Counted from the stretch's first letter, positions 40,474 through 50,948 are shown. The stretch is 64,000 nucleotides of DNA from Dehalococcoidia bacterium (GCA_965249025.1 OZ252215.1:306850-370849); one strand, 5' to 3'. The notes: a model not told the origin generated them from the letters alone. Made by a program: numbers and translations.

Positions 40474-41433
40474 CTACCTCTCTATGGGCACGGTGACTGA
40501 GGAGATGATCTCATCTATGATTTGCTCTGGCGCTCTTCCCCGTAATCGGGCCTGGGATGTCAACACCATGCGGTGGGATAGTACAGGAGACGCCATAGTT
40601 TTGACATCGTCAGGGGTGACGTATTCTCTTCCGTTTATGGCTGCCCACGCCTGAGACGACTTGTGCAAGGCCATGGTCGCCCTGGGACTGGCCCCTAGCT
40701 GGACATTTTCGTGGCGGCGGGTCGCCTGGGCTAGACGCACGATGTAGTCCAAGATGGCTTTCTCCACCATCACATCCTGAACGCTTGTCTGGGACAAACC
40801 AAGGGCATCCCCGTCTGCAACGGCTTCCAGCCCAGGGAGAACCGAGTCTTTCTGAAATCTCAGGAGTATTTTGGCTTCTTCCTCTGGAGAAGGATAGCCC
40901 AGCCGTATGCGCAGCATAAACCTATCTACCTGTGCCTCTGGTAGGGGAAAGGTCCCCTCCATCTCGATAGGGTTTAGTGTAGCCATAACAAGGAAGGGTT
41001 TCGGCAGGGCCATTGTCTCGCCATCGACCGTAACCTGCCTCTCTTGCATGGCCTCCAGAAGGGCCGACTGGGTCCTGGGCGTGGCCCGGTTTATTTCATC
41101 GGCTAGCAGCACCTGGGAGAAGACGGGCCCACGCCTGAACTCGAACTCCCCCGACTTCTGGTTGTAGTAGTTAATGCCAACTATGTCCGAGGAGGTGAGG
41201 TCGGGGGTGAACTGGATGCGCTTGAAGACGCATCCAAGGGACTGGGCCAGGGCCTTGGCCAAAGTGGTCTTGCCGATGCCCGGCACGTCCTCCACAAGCA
41301 GGTGTCCTCGGCACAGCAGGGCAACTATGGCCAAGTTTATCACCTCTTCCTTTCCCACAATAACCAGTTGAACGTTGGTCCGTATCTTGTCGGCCAGGTC
41401 TTTCGCTAGCTTTATGTCTGCTGCGATTTCCAA
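40474..41433 (-). CDS. moxR: MoxR family AAA+ ATPase
   Basis: EDVPGIGKT, RIQFTPDL, DEINRATPRTQSALLEAM. Confidence 0.95.
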   Translation of the reverse strand: MEIAADIKLAKDLADKIRTNVQLVIVGKEEVINLAIVALLCRGHLLVEDVPGIGKTTLAKALAQSLGCVFKRIQFTPDLTSSDIVGINYYNQKSGEFEFRRGPVFSQVLLADEINRATPRTQSALLEAMQERQVTVDGETMALPKPFLVMATLNPIEMEGTFPLPEAQVDRFMLRIRLGYPSPEEEAKILLRFQKDSVLPGLEAVADGDALGLSQTSVQDVMVEKAILDYIVRLAQATRRHENVQLGASPRATMALHKSSQAWAAINGREYVTPDDVKTMASPVLSHRMVLTSQARLRGRAPEQIIDEIISSVTVPIER

Positions 41434-41640
41434 CGAATACCCCTTATCTTAGATGTTCCTGGCGCTCCTACTAAATTGTGGCCATATAGTAAAAGATAAG
41501 CCCTGGTTAGCCAGGACTTATCCACTATGAATAAAGAGTGACTCAACACTCTTAGTTTAACGCATTCTTGGTGTACATGTTTTTTGGATGCGCTTGGCGA
41601 CAATAACTTCTTGCCAAGTGAAGTAGGTTCTAGGCGAGGG

Positions 41641-41917
41641 AGCTTAGCACAGAAAGTCAGATTTTCTGAATATTTATGGTGGCAAACCCCATAAAGATAT
41701 TCTACGGGGCAAACGTCACTATTCCACCCTCTCCACCTTCGGTTCGTATCTGTGGGACACCCAAGCCTTGCACATAAAGTCAATGTTTGTCGATATTCAT
41801 AGTGGCAAGCGCTGCTCTCCCGCCCTCAAAATGTATCTGGGGGACACCCCCAGACCCCCGGACGGAAACCCAGGTTTCCGTCGCCTTCCTGAGGTTTCTG
41901 CTTTTTTGTGCAAGACC
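41641..41917. mobile_element. Composite MITE (truncated copy + copy at 41764-41917) with 9-bp target duplication
   Basis: AGCTTAGCAC and AGCCTTGCAC left ends, GTGCAAGACC right end; flanks AGGCGAGGG/AGGTGAGGG. Confidence 0.75.
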
Positions 41918-41976
41918 AGGTGAGGGCCTTATGCATGAGGAACACTGGTTGCAAGGCGAGGAGCATTGGCTCATAC

Positions 41977-42006
41977 TTGACATACCGACTATGTATTCAG
42001 TATCCT
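41977..42006 (+). promoter_or_regulatory. Putative sigma70 promoter
   Basis: TTGACA-18nt-TATCCT. Confidence 0.5.
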
Positions 42007-42039
42007 CGGCGGTAATTGTCTGCGGTAGGAGAAGTCTAA

Positions 42040-43602
42040 CTGACCACCAAGTGGGCTAAGGTTATCGATCAGCGTAGGTGCATAGGCTGCCACGCCTGCA
42101 CTATAGCCTGTAAGTCTGAGAACGACGTCCCCCTAGGTGTAACGCGTACCTTTGTCAAGCAGGTTGAGACGGGGACGTATCCCTCGGTACTTCGGCATTT
42201 CCAGGTGACCCGCTGTAACCAGTGCGACGATGCGCCGTGTGTGGCCGCGTGTCCAACGGGGGCTATGTACCAGCGGCCCGACGGCATCGTCGACTTCAAC
42301 CGCGATACCTGCATTGGGTGCAAGGCCTGTATCGTCGCCTGCCCCTACGATGCAATCTACATAGACCCCCAGAGCCATAGCGCCGAGAAGTGCAACTTCT
42401 GCGCTCATCGCATCGACATGGGGTTGGAGCCTGCCTGCGTGGTGGTGTGCCCAACTCAGGCCATAATCGTAGGGGATATGAACGACCCTCAAAGCCGTGT
42501 ATCTCAGCTTATCGCCAGAGAAGAGACCCAGGTGCGGAGGCCGGAGAAACACACCTTGCCCAAGCTCTTCTACGTGAACGGCAGTGAAGCGGCGTTGAAC
42601 CCGCTATACGCCTCTGGTCAGCAAGGCTACATGACCTCTGAATCCAGGAGCGGGTCTAATTCTCTAGATGCGCAGTCGTATGTCATGGGTGGTCCTGGCG
42701 AGAAAAAGACCACTTCAGGCTATCCTGAGAAGTCGGCCGCCGCTGCTATATTGGCGTACCAAAGCGAATCCAAACCAATGTGGGACTGGCCTATTTCTGG
42801 TTACCTATGGGCCAAGTCTGTCTCCGCAGGGGTGTTCATGGTGGCGGCTATTGGCTGGCTGATGAATGGGCTTGGCGGCTCTTTGGCCTGGGACGCTTGG
42901 GTAGTCGTCATTAGCGCCATCTTCATTGCCATCACGGGGGGATTTCTCGTACTGGACTTGTCTCATCCAGAGCGGTTCTATACCATTCTGATAAGGCCAC
43001 AGTGGCGCTCCTGGGTGGCTAGGGGGACGTTTCTTATTCTGGGGTTTTCCGTTGCGTTGGCGCTGTTTTTGACTGTAAGGCTGGTGGGAATAGACAGCGC
43101 AGCGCTGGCGCTTCGGTGGGTTGGTCTGGCACTTGCTGTACCGACAGCGGTTTACACTGCCTTTCTTTTATCTCAGGCTAGGGGGAGGGATTTGTGGCAA
43201 AACCCGGCGCTTCCAGCCCATTTTATCGTTCAAGCAGGGATTGCGGGATCCGCCGCTCTCATACTTCTAGGTTGGGGCCTCTCTCTGACTGACACCGAGG
43301 TCCAGTGGCTGCGATGGGCCCTGGGCTTGCCATTAGGGTTCCATTTGCTTTTGAGCCTGAGCGACCTGGTAATGCCCCATAGAACAGAGAACGGCAATCG
43401 CGCTGCCAAGAACATGATTTTTGGCAAATGGGCGTCTTTGTATTGGGGTGATATTGTACAGAGCCTGGCGGCTCTGGTTCTGGTGGCCGTGTCCTCTACT
43501 CTGGCGCCGGGTCTGGTTATTGCGGCATTCCTTTCGCTGATTGGACTGTTCATGCACGAGCACGCATATATCCGGGCGGGGCAATCGGTGCCTCAGAGTT
43601 GA
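42040..43602 (+). CDS. Fused 4Fe-4S (NrfC/PsrB) + NrfD/PsrC membrane anchor subunit; CTG start
   Basis: CIGCHACTIAC upstream of ORF-track start; four ferredoxin Cys groups; DLSHPERF..W; AGGAG-8nt-CTG right after in-frame TAA. Confidence 0.88.
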   Translation: MTTKWAKVIDQRRCIGCHACTIACKSENDVPLGVTRTFVKQVETGTYPSVLRHFQVTRCNQCDDAPCVAACPTGAMYQRPDGIVDFNRDTCIGCKACIVACPYDAIYIDPQSHSAEKCNFCAHRIDMGLEPACVVVCPTQAIIVGDMNDPQSRVSQLIAREETQVRRPEKHTLPKLFYVNGSEAALNPLYASGQQGYMTSESRSGSNSLDAQSYVMGGPGEKKTTSGYPEKSAAAAILAYQSESKPMWDWPISGYLWAKSVSAGVFMVAAIGWLMNGLGGSLAWDAWVVVISAIFIAITGGFLVLDLSHPERFYTILIRPQWRSWVARGTFLILGFSVALALFLTVRLVGIDSAALALRWVGLALAVPTAVYTAFLLSQARGRDLWQNPALPAHFIVQAGIAGSAALILLGWGLSLTDTEVQWLRWALGLPLGFHLLLSLSDLVMPHRTENGNRAAKNMIFGKWASLYWGDIVQSLAALVLVAVSSTLAPGLVIAAFLSLIGLFMHEHAYIRAGQSVPQS

Positions 43603-43632
43603 GCCATTGAGTATCCCGTTGAAGAGGGTTCT

Positions 43633-46542
43633 ATGAAAGAAGTGGAGGCCAACCAAAAGACCAAGCTAAGCTCCTTTCCGCCTGTAGAGAGGTGGGACGA
43701 TTGGACGGAGCAGGAACCCAGGGCGCTCCCCAAGCGAGTGGAGCGCCACTACACCATCGTTCCTACCGTCTGCTTCAACTGTGAGGCGGCCTGCGGCCTT
43801 TTGGCTTATGTCGACAAAGAGACCTTTAAGATTCGCAAGCTGGAGGGCCATCCACTGCACCCCGCCAGTCGTGGCCGCAACTGCGCCAAAGGCCCGGCCA
43901 CTATCAATCAGGTGAATAACCCAGACAGGATACTCTATCCCTTAAAACGGGTGGGCCCTCGCGGCGGCCAGTGGCAGAGGGTAAGCTGGGAGGAGGCCCT
44001 AGAGGACATAGCGGGGCGCATAAGAAAAGCCCTGGATCAAGGCCGCCGTGACGAGGTCGTGTACCACGTTGGTCGGCCTGGGGAGGATATGTACACCGAG
44101 CGAGTCCTCCAGAGCTGGGGCGTTGATGGTCACAATAGCCACACCAACGTCTGCTCTGCTGGCGCCCGCGCCGGATATGCCTTTTGGATGGGCATGGACC
44201 GACCCAACCCGGACTATGGCAGCGCCAAGTTTATCCTGATGTTAAGCTCCCACCTGGAGTCGGGCCACTACTTCAATCCCCATGCCCAGCGCATAGTGGA
44301 TAGCAAGATGTTCGGCACCGGGATCGCTGTCATAGACACACGTTTATCAAACACCGCCTCTCAGGCGAACTACTGGCTCTCTCCTCACCCGGGGACCGAA
44401 GCAGGTCTGCTGCTGGCCATCGCCAACGAGCTGATTCAAAAAGATCAGATAAATCGAGCGTTCTTAGAGCAATGGGTCAACTGGAAGGAGCTGTTGGATG
44501 ATAGAGAACATCTAGCCTACATCGCGAAGAGTGGACTTCTGAAGGGGCTGCCTGATGAAGTCTCCTTCGATGCCTTTGTTGCGTTGCTGAAGGACATCTA
44601 TCGTGACTACACTCCAGAGTGGGCAGAGCAGGAGACGGGCGTGCCCGCCGAGACTATAGTTGCCATAGCCGAAGAGATTGCGCAAGCAGGCACCGCATTT
44701 GCCAGCCACGTCTGGCGCAGCGCCTCGGCGGCTCACCTGGGAGGGTGGATGGTGGCCCGCGCCCTGTTCCTTCTCAACGTATTGACTGGCTCCGTCGGGA
44801 CTCCTGGAGGCACTCTACCTAACTATTGGACGAAGTTCGTTCCCCGACCTCATACTCTACCGTCGCCGCCCAAGATGTGGAACGAGAACCACTTCCCCAT
44901 TGCCTATCCTCTCTCTCACTTCGAGATGGGCTTCCTTCTACCCCACATCCTGAAGGAGCGGGGCAAACGCATCGAGGTCTATTTCACAAGGGTTTACAAC
45001 CCCGTCTGGACCAACCCGGATGGGTTCTCCTGGATCGAGATGCTGGCCGACGAGGCCAGGATTGGACTGCACGTGGCCTTGACGCCGGTCTGGTGCGAGT
45101 CAGCACAGTACGCCGATTACGTTCTCCCTACGGGCTTGGGACCTGAGCGTCACGATCTCCACAGCTACGAGACCCATGCCTCCCAGTGGATAGGCTTCCG
45201 ACAGCCTGTGGTAAGGGTAGCCAAAGAGAGGGCGGGACAGAAGCCAGAATCTACCCTGGGCACCAATCCAGGCCAGGTCTGGGAAGAAAATGAGTTCTGG
45301 ATAGATCTGTCGTGGAGGATGGACCCTGACGGCAAGCTTGGTATCAGGAAGCACTACGAGTCGCCTTTCAGGCCTGGCCAGAAAATCACCATCCAGGAGT
45401 ACTATCGTTGGATATTCGAGCACTCGGTGCCCGGACTGCCTGAGGCCGCTGCAAAAGAGGGGCAGTCGCCTTTGGACTACATGCGCAAGTACGGCGCCTT
45501 CGAGATTACCAGGGACGTGTATAGCCAGCATGAGGCTCCCGTGCCTCCCGACGTCGCTCAACAGGCGGAGGTCGATGAGGAGACAGGCTTCCTTTGGAGC
45601 AAGTCGGCTCCTCCCAAGGTAAACTTCCGTCCAACTCCTGGCCCTTTCTTAGATGATGGTGGACGCACCCGAGTTGGCGTTGTAGTGGATGGCAAGGCCG
45701 TCCAGGGTTTTCCCACCCCTTCAGGGAAGTTGGAGTTCTTTTCCACCACGCTGAGGGATTGGGGCTGGCCTGAATACGCCCTGCCCATATATCCTCGTGA
45801 CAGCGCACAGCGGGAGGCTATGCCTCACATTACCTCTCAGGTTCACCCATCCAGAATTGATCGCTCACGTGGCGAGTATCCCCTTCTGCCCACCTTCCGC
45901 CTGCCGACCTTGATACACAGCCGCAGCAACGGCGCCAAGTGGCTCTACGAGATATCACACATTAACCCAGTCTGGATACACCCCTCCGACGCCGCAGATA
46001 TTGGAGTGGAAACAGGGGGCCTGGTCAAAGTGGAGACGGAAATAGGCTACTTTGTGGACAAGGTGTGGGTTACCGAGGCCATTCGACCTGGAGTAGTGGC
46101 CTGCTCCCACCATCTTGGACGATGGCGTCTCCACGAAGACTATGGCAGCGACCGCTGGAACTCCGCCGTGGTTGATTTAGAGAAGAAGGGAAGCACGTGG
46201 CGAATGAGGCATCGCCATGGCGTGGCGCCCTTCAAGGGCGACGCCGACTCCGAACGCATCTGGTGGAGCGATGGCGGAGTTCATCAGAACCTGACCTTCC
46301 CCGTTCAGGCGGACCCTATCAGCGGACAACACTGCTGGCATCAGAAGGTGCGTGTTACCAAGGCTCCAGCCGACGTCTCTTACGGCGATGTGGTCGTGGA
46401 CACCGAGAAGTCATTGGATAATTACAGGCGATGGTTGGAGCTAACCAGACCTGGCCCCGGCCCTGATGGACAGCGCCGACCTTACTGGCTCATTCGCATC
46501 CTCAAGCCAGACAGAGAATTCTTCGCATTGGAAAATCGCTAA
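43633..46542 (+). CDS. Molybdopterin oxidoreductase catalytic subunit (DMSO reductase family), no Tat signal
   Basis: CFNCEAAC..GRNCAKG Fe-S motif, RILYPLKR, HTNVCS, TPSGKLEF. Confidence 0.92.
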   Translation: MKEVEANQKTKLSSFPPVERWDDWTEQEPRALPKRVERHYTIVPTVCFNCEAACGLLAYVDKETFKIRKLEGHPLHPASRGRNCAKGPATINQVNNPDRILYPLKRVGPRGGQWQRVSWEEALEDIAGRIRKALDQGRRDEVVYHVGRPGEDMYTERVLQSWGVDGHNSHTNVCSAGARAGYAFWMGMDRPNPDYGSAKFILMLSSHLESGHYFNPHAQRIVDSKMFGTGIAVIDTRLSNTASQANYWLSPHPGTEAGLLLAIANELIQKDQINRAFLEQWVNWKELLDDREHLAYIAKSGLLKGLPDEVSFDAFVALLKDIYRDYTPEWAEQETGVPAETIVAIAEEIAQAGTAFASHVWRSASAAHLGGWMVARALFLLNVLTGSVGTPGGTLPNYWTKFVPRPHTLPSPPKMWNENHFPIAYPLSHFEMGFLLPHILKERGKRIEVYFTRVYNPVWTNPDGFSWIEMLADEARIGLHVALTPVWCESAQYADYVLPTGLGPERHDLHSYETHASQWIGFRQPVVRVAKERAGQKPESTLGTNPGQVWEENEFWIDLSWRMDPDGKLGIRKHYESPFRPGQKITIQEYYRWIFEHSVPGLPEAAAKEGQSPLDYMRKYGAFEITRDVYSQHEAPVPPDVAQQAEVDEETGFLWSKSAPPKVNFRPTPGPFLDDGGRTRVGVVVDGKAVQGFPTPSGKLEFFSTTLRDWGWPEYALPIYPRDSAQREAMPHITSQVHPSRIDRSRGEYPLLPTFRLPTLIHSRSNGAKWLYEISHINPVWIHPSDAADIGVETGGLVKVETEIGYFVDKVWVTEAIRPGVVACSHHLGRWRLHEDYGSDRWNSAVVDLEKKGSTWRMRHRHGVAPFKGDADSERIWWSDGGVHQNLTFPVQADPISGQHCWHQKVRVTKAPADVSYGDVVVDTEKSLDNYRRWLELTRPGPGPDGQRRPYWLIRILKPDREFFALENR

Positions 46543-47321
46543 TCTGGTGGCGGTGTCTCTGCGCTATGGTGCGAATGCTCATACCAATTCAGTGAATTAC
46601 CCAAGGACACGACTTTTCCTACCACAAATATAGAAGGGTGCTTGATATTAGCCTGCTGAGCCAACTGAGCGATGTCCTTCAAGGGCGCTTTTACCACACG
46701 CTGTCTGGGAGTAGTTCCCTCTTGAATAATGGCCGAGGGAGTATCCTGGGCCAAGCCCTCCGATATCAAGTCATAGGTAATCTGTGTCAAATTCGAGGTT
46801 GCCATGAGGCAAATAAGAGTGTCCACACGGTTAGCTAAGGCTCGCCATGGCACTTCGGGCCTGCCAGAAGCGGTTCCAAAATGGCCCGTAGTTACAGCGA
46901 AGGACGACGAGAAGCGACGATCGGTGACTGGAATTCCTGCGTATGCTAGCACAGACAGAGGAGACGTAACGCCTGGCACCACTTCCCAAGGGACGCCTGC
47001 ATTTTCTAGAGCTGAGGCCTCTTCACCGCCGCGGCCAAAGACAAATGGGTCTCCTCCTTTAAGACGAACGCACCTCTTCCCTTCTCTGGCCTTTCCAATC
47101 AATAAAGAGTTAATCCACTCCTGGTTTCGGTCGTGGCCTCTGGGCTTCTTGCCTGCAAAAATACGTTCTGCTTCAGGTCTGGCCTGATCCAACAGCCCTG
47201 CCGGGATTAGTCTGTCGTAGACAACCACATCAGCTTCTTGCAACCGACGCAGCCCCTTTACTGTAATCAGATCGGGGTCTCCTGGGCCAGCGCCTACTAG
47301 ACTAACAAAGCCTTCCTTCAC
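46539..47321 (-). CDS. cobA: Uroporphyrinogen-III C-methyltransferase
   Basis: VGAGPGDPDLIT, RLKGGDPFVFGRGGEE. Confidence 0.93.
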   Translation of the reverse strand: MKEGFVSLVGAGPGDPDLITVKGLRRLQEADVVVYDRLIPAGLLDQARPEAERIFAGKKPRGHDRNQEWINSLLIGKAREGKRCVRLKGGDPFVFGRGGEEASALENAGVPWEVVPGVTSPLSVLAYAGIPVTDRRFSSSFAVTTGHFGTASGRPEVPWRALANRVDTLICLMATSNLTQITYDLISEGLAQDTPSAIIQEGTTPRQRVVKAPLKDIAQLAQQANIKHPSIFVVGKVVSLGNSLNWYEHSHHSAETPPPD

Positions 47322-47323
47322 GA

Positions 47324-47980
47324 TTACTCACTCCTGCTTCCGAGGTGCCTCCGTTGGGGCCTCAATAGCTCCATCAAGTATAACTTGATGGCCTTCCAGT
47401 CGCCTTCTTCCAAGTCATTGTTTGCTATCTCAGTCAGGGCCTTCTGCCACTTGTCAGGATGGGGGCGTGTGTTTCGCCTTCGCAGGTTCTTGCGCACTTC
47501 AGCCAGAACTTCTAGTAGGGTTTCATATTTTCTAGGCAAGGCTCGCTCGATCTCTTCCTTCACAAACCGCGCCATAGCAGGGCTGAGACCACTGGTGGAA
47601 ATGGCGACAGTGAGTTTGCCACGACGAACTATAGCAGGAGCAATCCATGTACACAGGTGAGTGATGTCTATGACGTTCAGCAACACGCCTTCTCGCTCAG
47701 CCTCTCTCGCGATCCGTTCGCTTATCTCTAAATCCTCAGTAGTGGCTGCAATGGCCAGGAATGCTCCAGCAAGATCTCCTTCCGAAAATTTTTCCTTGCG
47801 CAAGGTTATTTTTCCTTGAGCTTCCAACTCCTCCAAAGATTGAGATGGGTTGGGAGTTATTACGGTAACTAAGGCACCCGCCTCTATCAGGCCCTGGACT
47901 TTCCTTTCTGCTTCCAGGCCTTCTCCAATGACGACGCAGGGACTTTTCTCTAGATTTAGAAAGACGGGGTAGTAGCCCAT
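47324..47980 (-). CDS. Precorrin-2 dehydrogenase/sirohydrochlorin ferrochelatase (CysG N-terminal/SirC)
   Basis: MGYYPVFL, VVIGEG, AISTSGLSP. Confidence 0.88.
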   Translation of the reverse strand: MGYYPVFLNLEKSPCVVIGEGLEAERKVQGLIEAGALVTVITPNPSQSLEELEAQGKITLRKEKFSEGDLAGAFLAIAATTEDLEISERIAREAEREGVLLNVIDITHLCTWIAPAIVRRGKLTVAISTSGLSPAMARFVKEEIERALPRKYETLLEVLAEVRKNLRRRNTRPHPDKWQKALTEIANNDLEEGDWKAIKLYLMELLRPQRRHLGSRSE

Positions 47981-48005
47981 TTGGGGTAAATTCCTTAAAT
48001 GGTGA

Positions 48006-48863
48006 TTAGATTTGTGGCGATGGCAGTGTAGGGTGGCTTTGGCCGTTACTTTCAAAGTACTCAGCTAATGCCAGCACCAGTGGGCCCATTTTTGGGTGTA
48101 TTGGCGTTACATGAGGAGCAATGCCCTCTTTCGCCAAAGCCTGGACGCAAACTGGGCCAACGGTGCCAACCACCATTGTGGAGCTAAGAGCTTTTTTCAG
48201 GGAGTCCTTGAGGCCCAACCTTTCGGCAACCAGGAAGAGGTGTCGGATTTGGACTTTTGAGGTAAATAGGACGGCATCTGCCTGCCTTTGCACCATAGAG
48301 CGTACGGCATTCTCTATTGGACCGATATCATTTGGCAGCTCCCATTTGTACAGGGAAATCTCGACTATCTCTGCTCCCATATCAGCTAAGCGATCTCTAA
48401 GGTAGGTATTGATTTCACCATAGTGCTGGAGAGCAATGGTTTTGCCCCGCAGGTCCCAGGACTGGGCCTTAATGCTGTTCATCAATACCTCAGAGGTGTG
48501 GGGCTCAGGCGCCACTAAATCAATCGGCACTTTATTAGCGCGCATTACAGCAACGGGTTTAGGCCCTCTGCATACTACCTTCATCTCTGTTAGTGCTTGA
48601 ATTACGTCTTCTTTTTTGCCAATAGCATCTGCAGCGGACAAGACGGCGCGAGCGCCAACGCCAGTGAGAAAGACAAACAACTCAATCCTTCCGGAGCAAA
48701 GCGCGTTGATTAAGTCGGCCACCTCTTGTCTTTCAGGTAGTGGAACTTCCAGTAGAGCAGGCGCAATCATAGTCCTACCCCCATGGCGTTCAATAATTGA
48801 GGCTAACTCCGAGGGCATACGCGCTTCTAATATCACTATCAGCCTATTTTGAAGATTCGCCAT
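48006..48863 (-). CDS. hemD: Uroporphyrinogen-III synthase
   Basis: FLTGVG, RGPKP, YKWELP, FTS..Q, VGPV, PKMGPLV. Confidence 0.85.
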   Translation of the reverse strand: MANLQNRLIVILEARMPSELASIIERHGGRTMIAPALLEVPLPERQEVADLINALCSGRIELFVFLTGVGARAVLSAADAIGKKEDVIQALTEMKVVCRGPKPVAVMRANKVPIDLVAPEPHTSEVLMNSIKAQSWDLRGKTIALQHYGEINTYLRDRLADMGAEIVEISLYKWELPNDIGPIENAVRSMVQRQADAVLFTSKVQIRHLFLVAERLGLKDSLKKALSSTMVVGTVGPVCVQALAKEGIAPHVTPIHPKMGPLVLALAEYFESNGQSHPTLPSPQI

Positions 48864-48884
48864 TTTTATGTGATCACCATATTT

Positions 48885-50702
48885 TCATACAGCGCATTCT
48901 CCCTCGCCGCGCTCCATCTTGTAGAGGATGGTCTTTTCATAGTCCATATACAAGTCAATAGTATCTTTACCAAGCTTTGGCACCTCTCCAAAGGGCGCTA
49001 TTATCTCTTCAAATGGCTCCTTCCCAACCCTAGCAACGAAATCCTTGAAAGCCTCGCCCTCTCGGCGGTTCTCTTTGTAGAACGAGAGGAGCTTAAGAAC
49101 TGCCTCTGGCACTCGTTTGGCAGGGACCTTACCCCTGGGGCGTATGCCATATCGCACGTCGGCGTTCTCGTAACTTCCGCCGATGAAAAGCTCATAGGCT
49201 GGCACCTGGGCTCCAGTGGGTCCCTTCATCATGCCTCCGTGGAAGCCAATGTCAGCTACGTGGTGTCGGCCGCAGCCATTGGGACAACCGCTTGCCTTTA
49301 TGTGCATCTGCTTAATCAGAGGGTCCTGTAGAAGGTCAGCGTTGCCATTGAGGTTTTTGTGAGCCTGCATAATGGCCCGGCCAAGGCCCATCGACGAGGT
49401 AATTCCCAGCTTGCAGGTGTCGGTTCCTGGGCACGTCGTGACATCAGTAATTTTATTGAGATCGGCATCGGCTAAGTTGAGGGCCTTTAGGGCATTATAT
49501 ATGTCATAGAGGTATGTGTCTGGCACCCATCTAAGCATTAGGTTCTGCTCCGCAGTAATGCGAACTCTATGAGTTGAGTACTTGCGAGCGATATCAGCTA
49601 AGCCTCGGAACTGTTCGGGTGTGAGGTCTCCTTGATAGACCTTGACTCCTACGAAGTTGTACCTCCTCTGGGTCTGGGGTATGACGTTGCTAGTCTTCCA
49701 AGACAGGAAGGCCAGATCATCCTGACCGCCAGCCTCAACGCTATCGGGTGCTGCTGGAATATAGGATGCCTCCTCGTCGAAAAAGAGAAGATGGTCACGG
49801 TTCTCGTATTTCTGGGCCCATTCTTGCTGGAGTTCCTCATCCACCTGTTGACGGAAGGAATCCACTCCTTCGGAATGAATAAGCACTTTTATGCGCGCTT
49901 TCATCTTGTTCTTGCGAAGCCAGGCAGTCCGGTTGAAGACACGGAGAACGGCCTCGGACACCTTCAAGAAGTCTTCCACAGGCACAAACTCGTACAGAGT
50001 TTCCGCCTTAAGGGGCTGAATGGATGTCCCGCCGCCTACAGTAACCTTAAACCCCTTGCGTTGCTGGCCCTCTATTTCCCTGACTCTGGCTATAAAACCA
50101 ATATCGTGCATGGGAGTGACGGCACAGTCGTGCTCGCCGCAGGAGAATGCGGTCTTAATCTTGCGGGGCATGGTATGAGTGAAGTCCCGCCGGACGAAGT
50201 TGCGCACGTAGGCGCCCAAGTAAGGCTGGAGGTCGAAAGCTTGCAGGGGATCCAGTCCCACCATGGGGCAGCAGGTGACGTTGCGCACCGTATTTCCACA
50301 GGCATCCCTGGTGCTAAGGCCAACTGTGTGCAGGATGTGCATAGCCTCGGCGACGGTCTCTAGTGTCAGGTGGTGGAGCTGTATGTTTTCGCGAGTGGTT
50401 ATGTGCCCCTTTTTGAGAAGGGTGAACCTCTCCGCTATATTCGCTATGGCCTCTAGCTGGTCGGCGTGGACGAGGCCGCCGGGTATTTTGACCCGAAACA
50501 TCTGAGCATCAGGTTGACGCTGGCCGTATGTCCCCAAGCGTAGGCGGTATTTTTGAAATTCGATCTCATCATACTCACCGCGACGGAAGGATTTGACGCT
50601 GTCTTCAAACTCCTTTATCTCCTTTTCCTTATACTGGATGATGGAATGCGAGAGCTTAGACTGCTCTTTATCGACTTCCCTTACCCTGGTTGGTGTGCTC
50701 AA
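48885..50702 (-). CDS. Siroheme sulfite/nitrite reductase hemoprotein (ferredoxin type)
   Basis: RVKIPGG, TTRENIQ, PRKIK, TCPGTDTC and SGCPNGC ligand motifs; TTG start after AAGGAG. Confidence 0.92.
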   Translation of the reverse strand: MSTPTRVREVDKEQSKLSHSIIQYKEKEIKEFEDSVKSFRRGEYDEIEFQKYRLRLGTYGQRQPDAQMFRVKIPGGLVHADQLEAIANIAERFTLLKKGHITTRENIQLHHLTLETVAEAMHILHTVGLSTRDACGNTVRNVTCCPMVGLDPLQAFDLQPYLGAYVRNFVRRDFTHTMPRKIKTAFSCGEHDCAVTPMHDIGFIARVREIEGQQRKGFKVTVGGGTSIQPLKAETLYEFVPVEDFLKVSEAVLRVFNRTAWLRKNKMKARIKVLIHSEGVDSFRQQVDEELQQEWAQKYENRDHLLFFDEEASYIPAAPDSVEAGGQDDLAFLSWKTSNVIPQTQRRYNFVGVKVYQGDLTPEQFRGLADIARKYSTHRVRITAEQNLMLRWVPDTYLYDIYNALKALNLADADLNKITDVTTCPGTDTCKLGITSSMGLGRAIMQAHKNLNGNADLLQDPLIKQMHIKASGCPNGCGRHHVADIGFHGGMMKGPTGAQVPAYELFIGGSYENADVRYGIRPRGKVPAKRVPEAVLKLLSFYKENRREGEAFKDFVARVGKEPFEEIIAPFGEVPKLGKDTIDLYMDYEKTILYKMERGEGECAV

Positions 50703-50731
50703 TTTCGTCTCCTTTGCCTGAGTCTTACAGT

Positions 50732-50761
50732 AAAAAAGCCCCGAGAGCTATTCGTCGGGGC
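50732..50761 (-). terminator. Intrinsic terminator (attenuator) 30 nt before sulfite reductase start
   Basis: GCCCCGA-10nt-UCGGGGC followed by U6 on minus strand. Confidence 0.85.
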
Positions 50762-50812
50762 CATTGAAGAACGTTGTTTGTTAGTTTCGTTACGGAGTGT
50801 TACACCTGACCA

Positions 50813-50920
50813 TCACACAACTCTCCATGCCCCTATATTCTTTATACAGGAACACATGCAGACCATAAGGCAAACAGGAGCCCCTTCACTAATAGTATAT
50901 GCGATGCCCAACAGATTCAC
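50813..50920 (-). CDS. Cys/Met-rich leader peptide MNLLGIAYTISEGAPVCLMVCMCSCIKNIGAWRVV
   Basis: 35-codon ORF between promoter and terminator; 4 Cys + 2 Met within 9 codons; alternative ATG at 50866. Confidence 0.7.
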   Translation of the reverse strand: MNLLGIAYTISEGAPVCLMVCMCSCIKNIGAWRVV

Positions 50921-50948
50921 GTGATGACTCTTATCCAAATTTGGGCTT

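Noticed and set aside
50880-50945. SAM-I riboswitch or T-box upstream of sulfite reductase
   Set aside because: CTCTTATCC is on the wrong strand, and SAM-I core motifs and the T-box GGTGGNACC(G/A)CG sequence are absent; the leader-peptide model fits better
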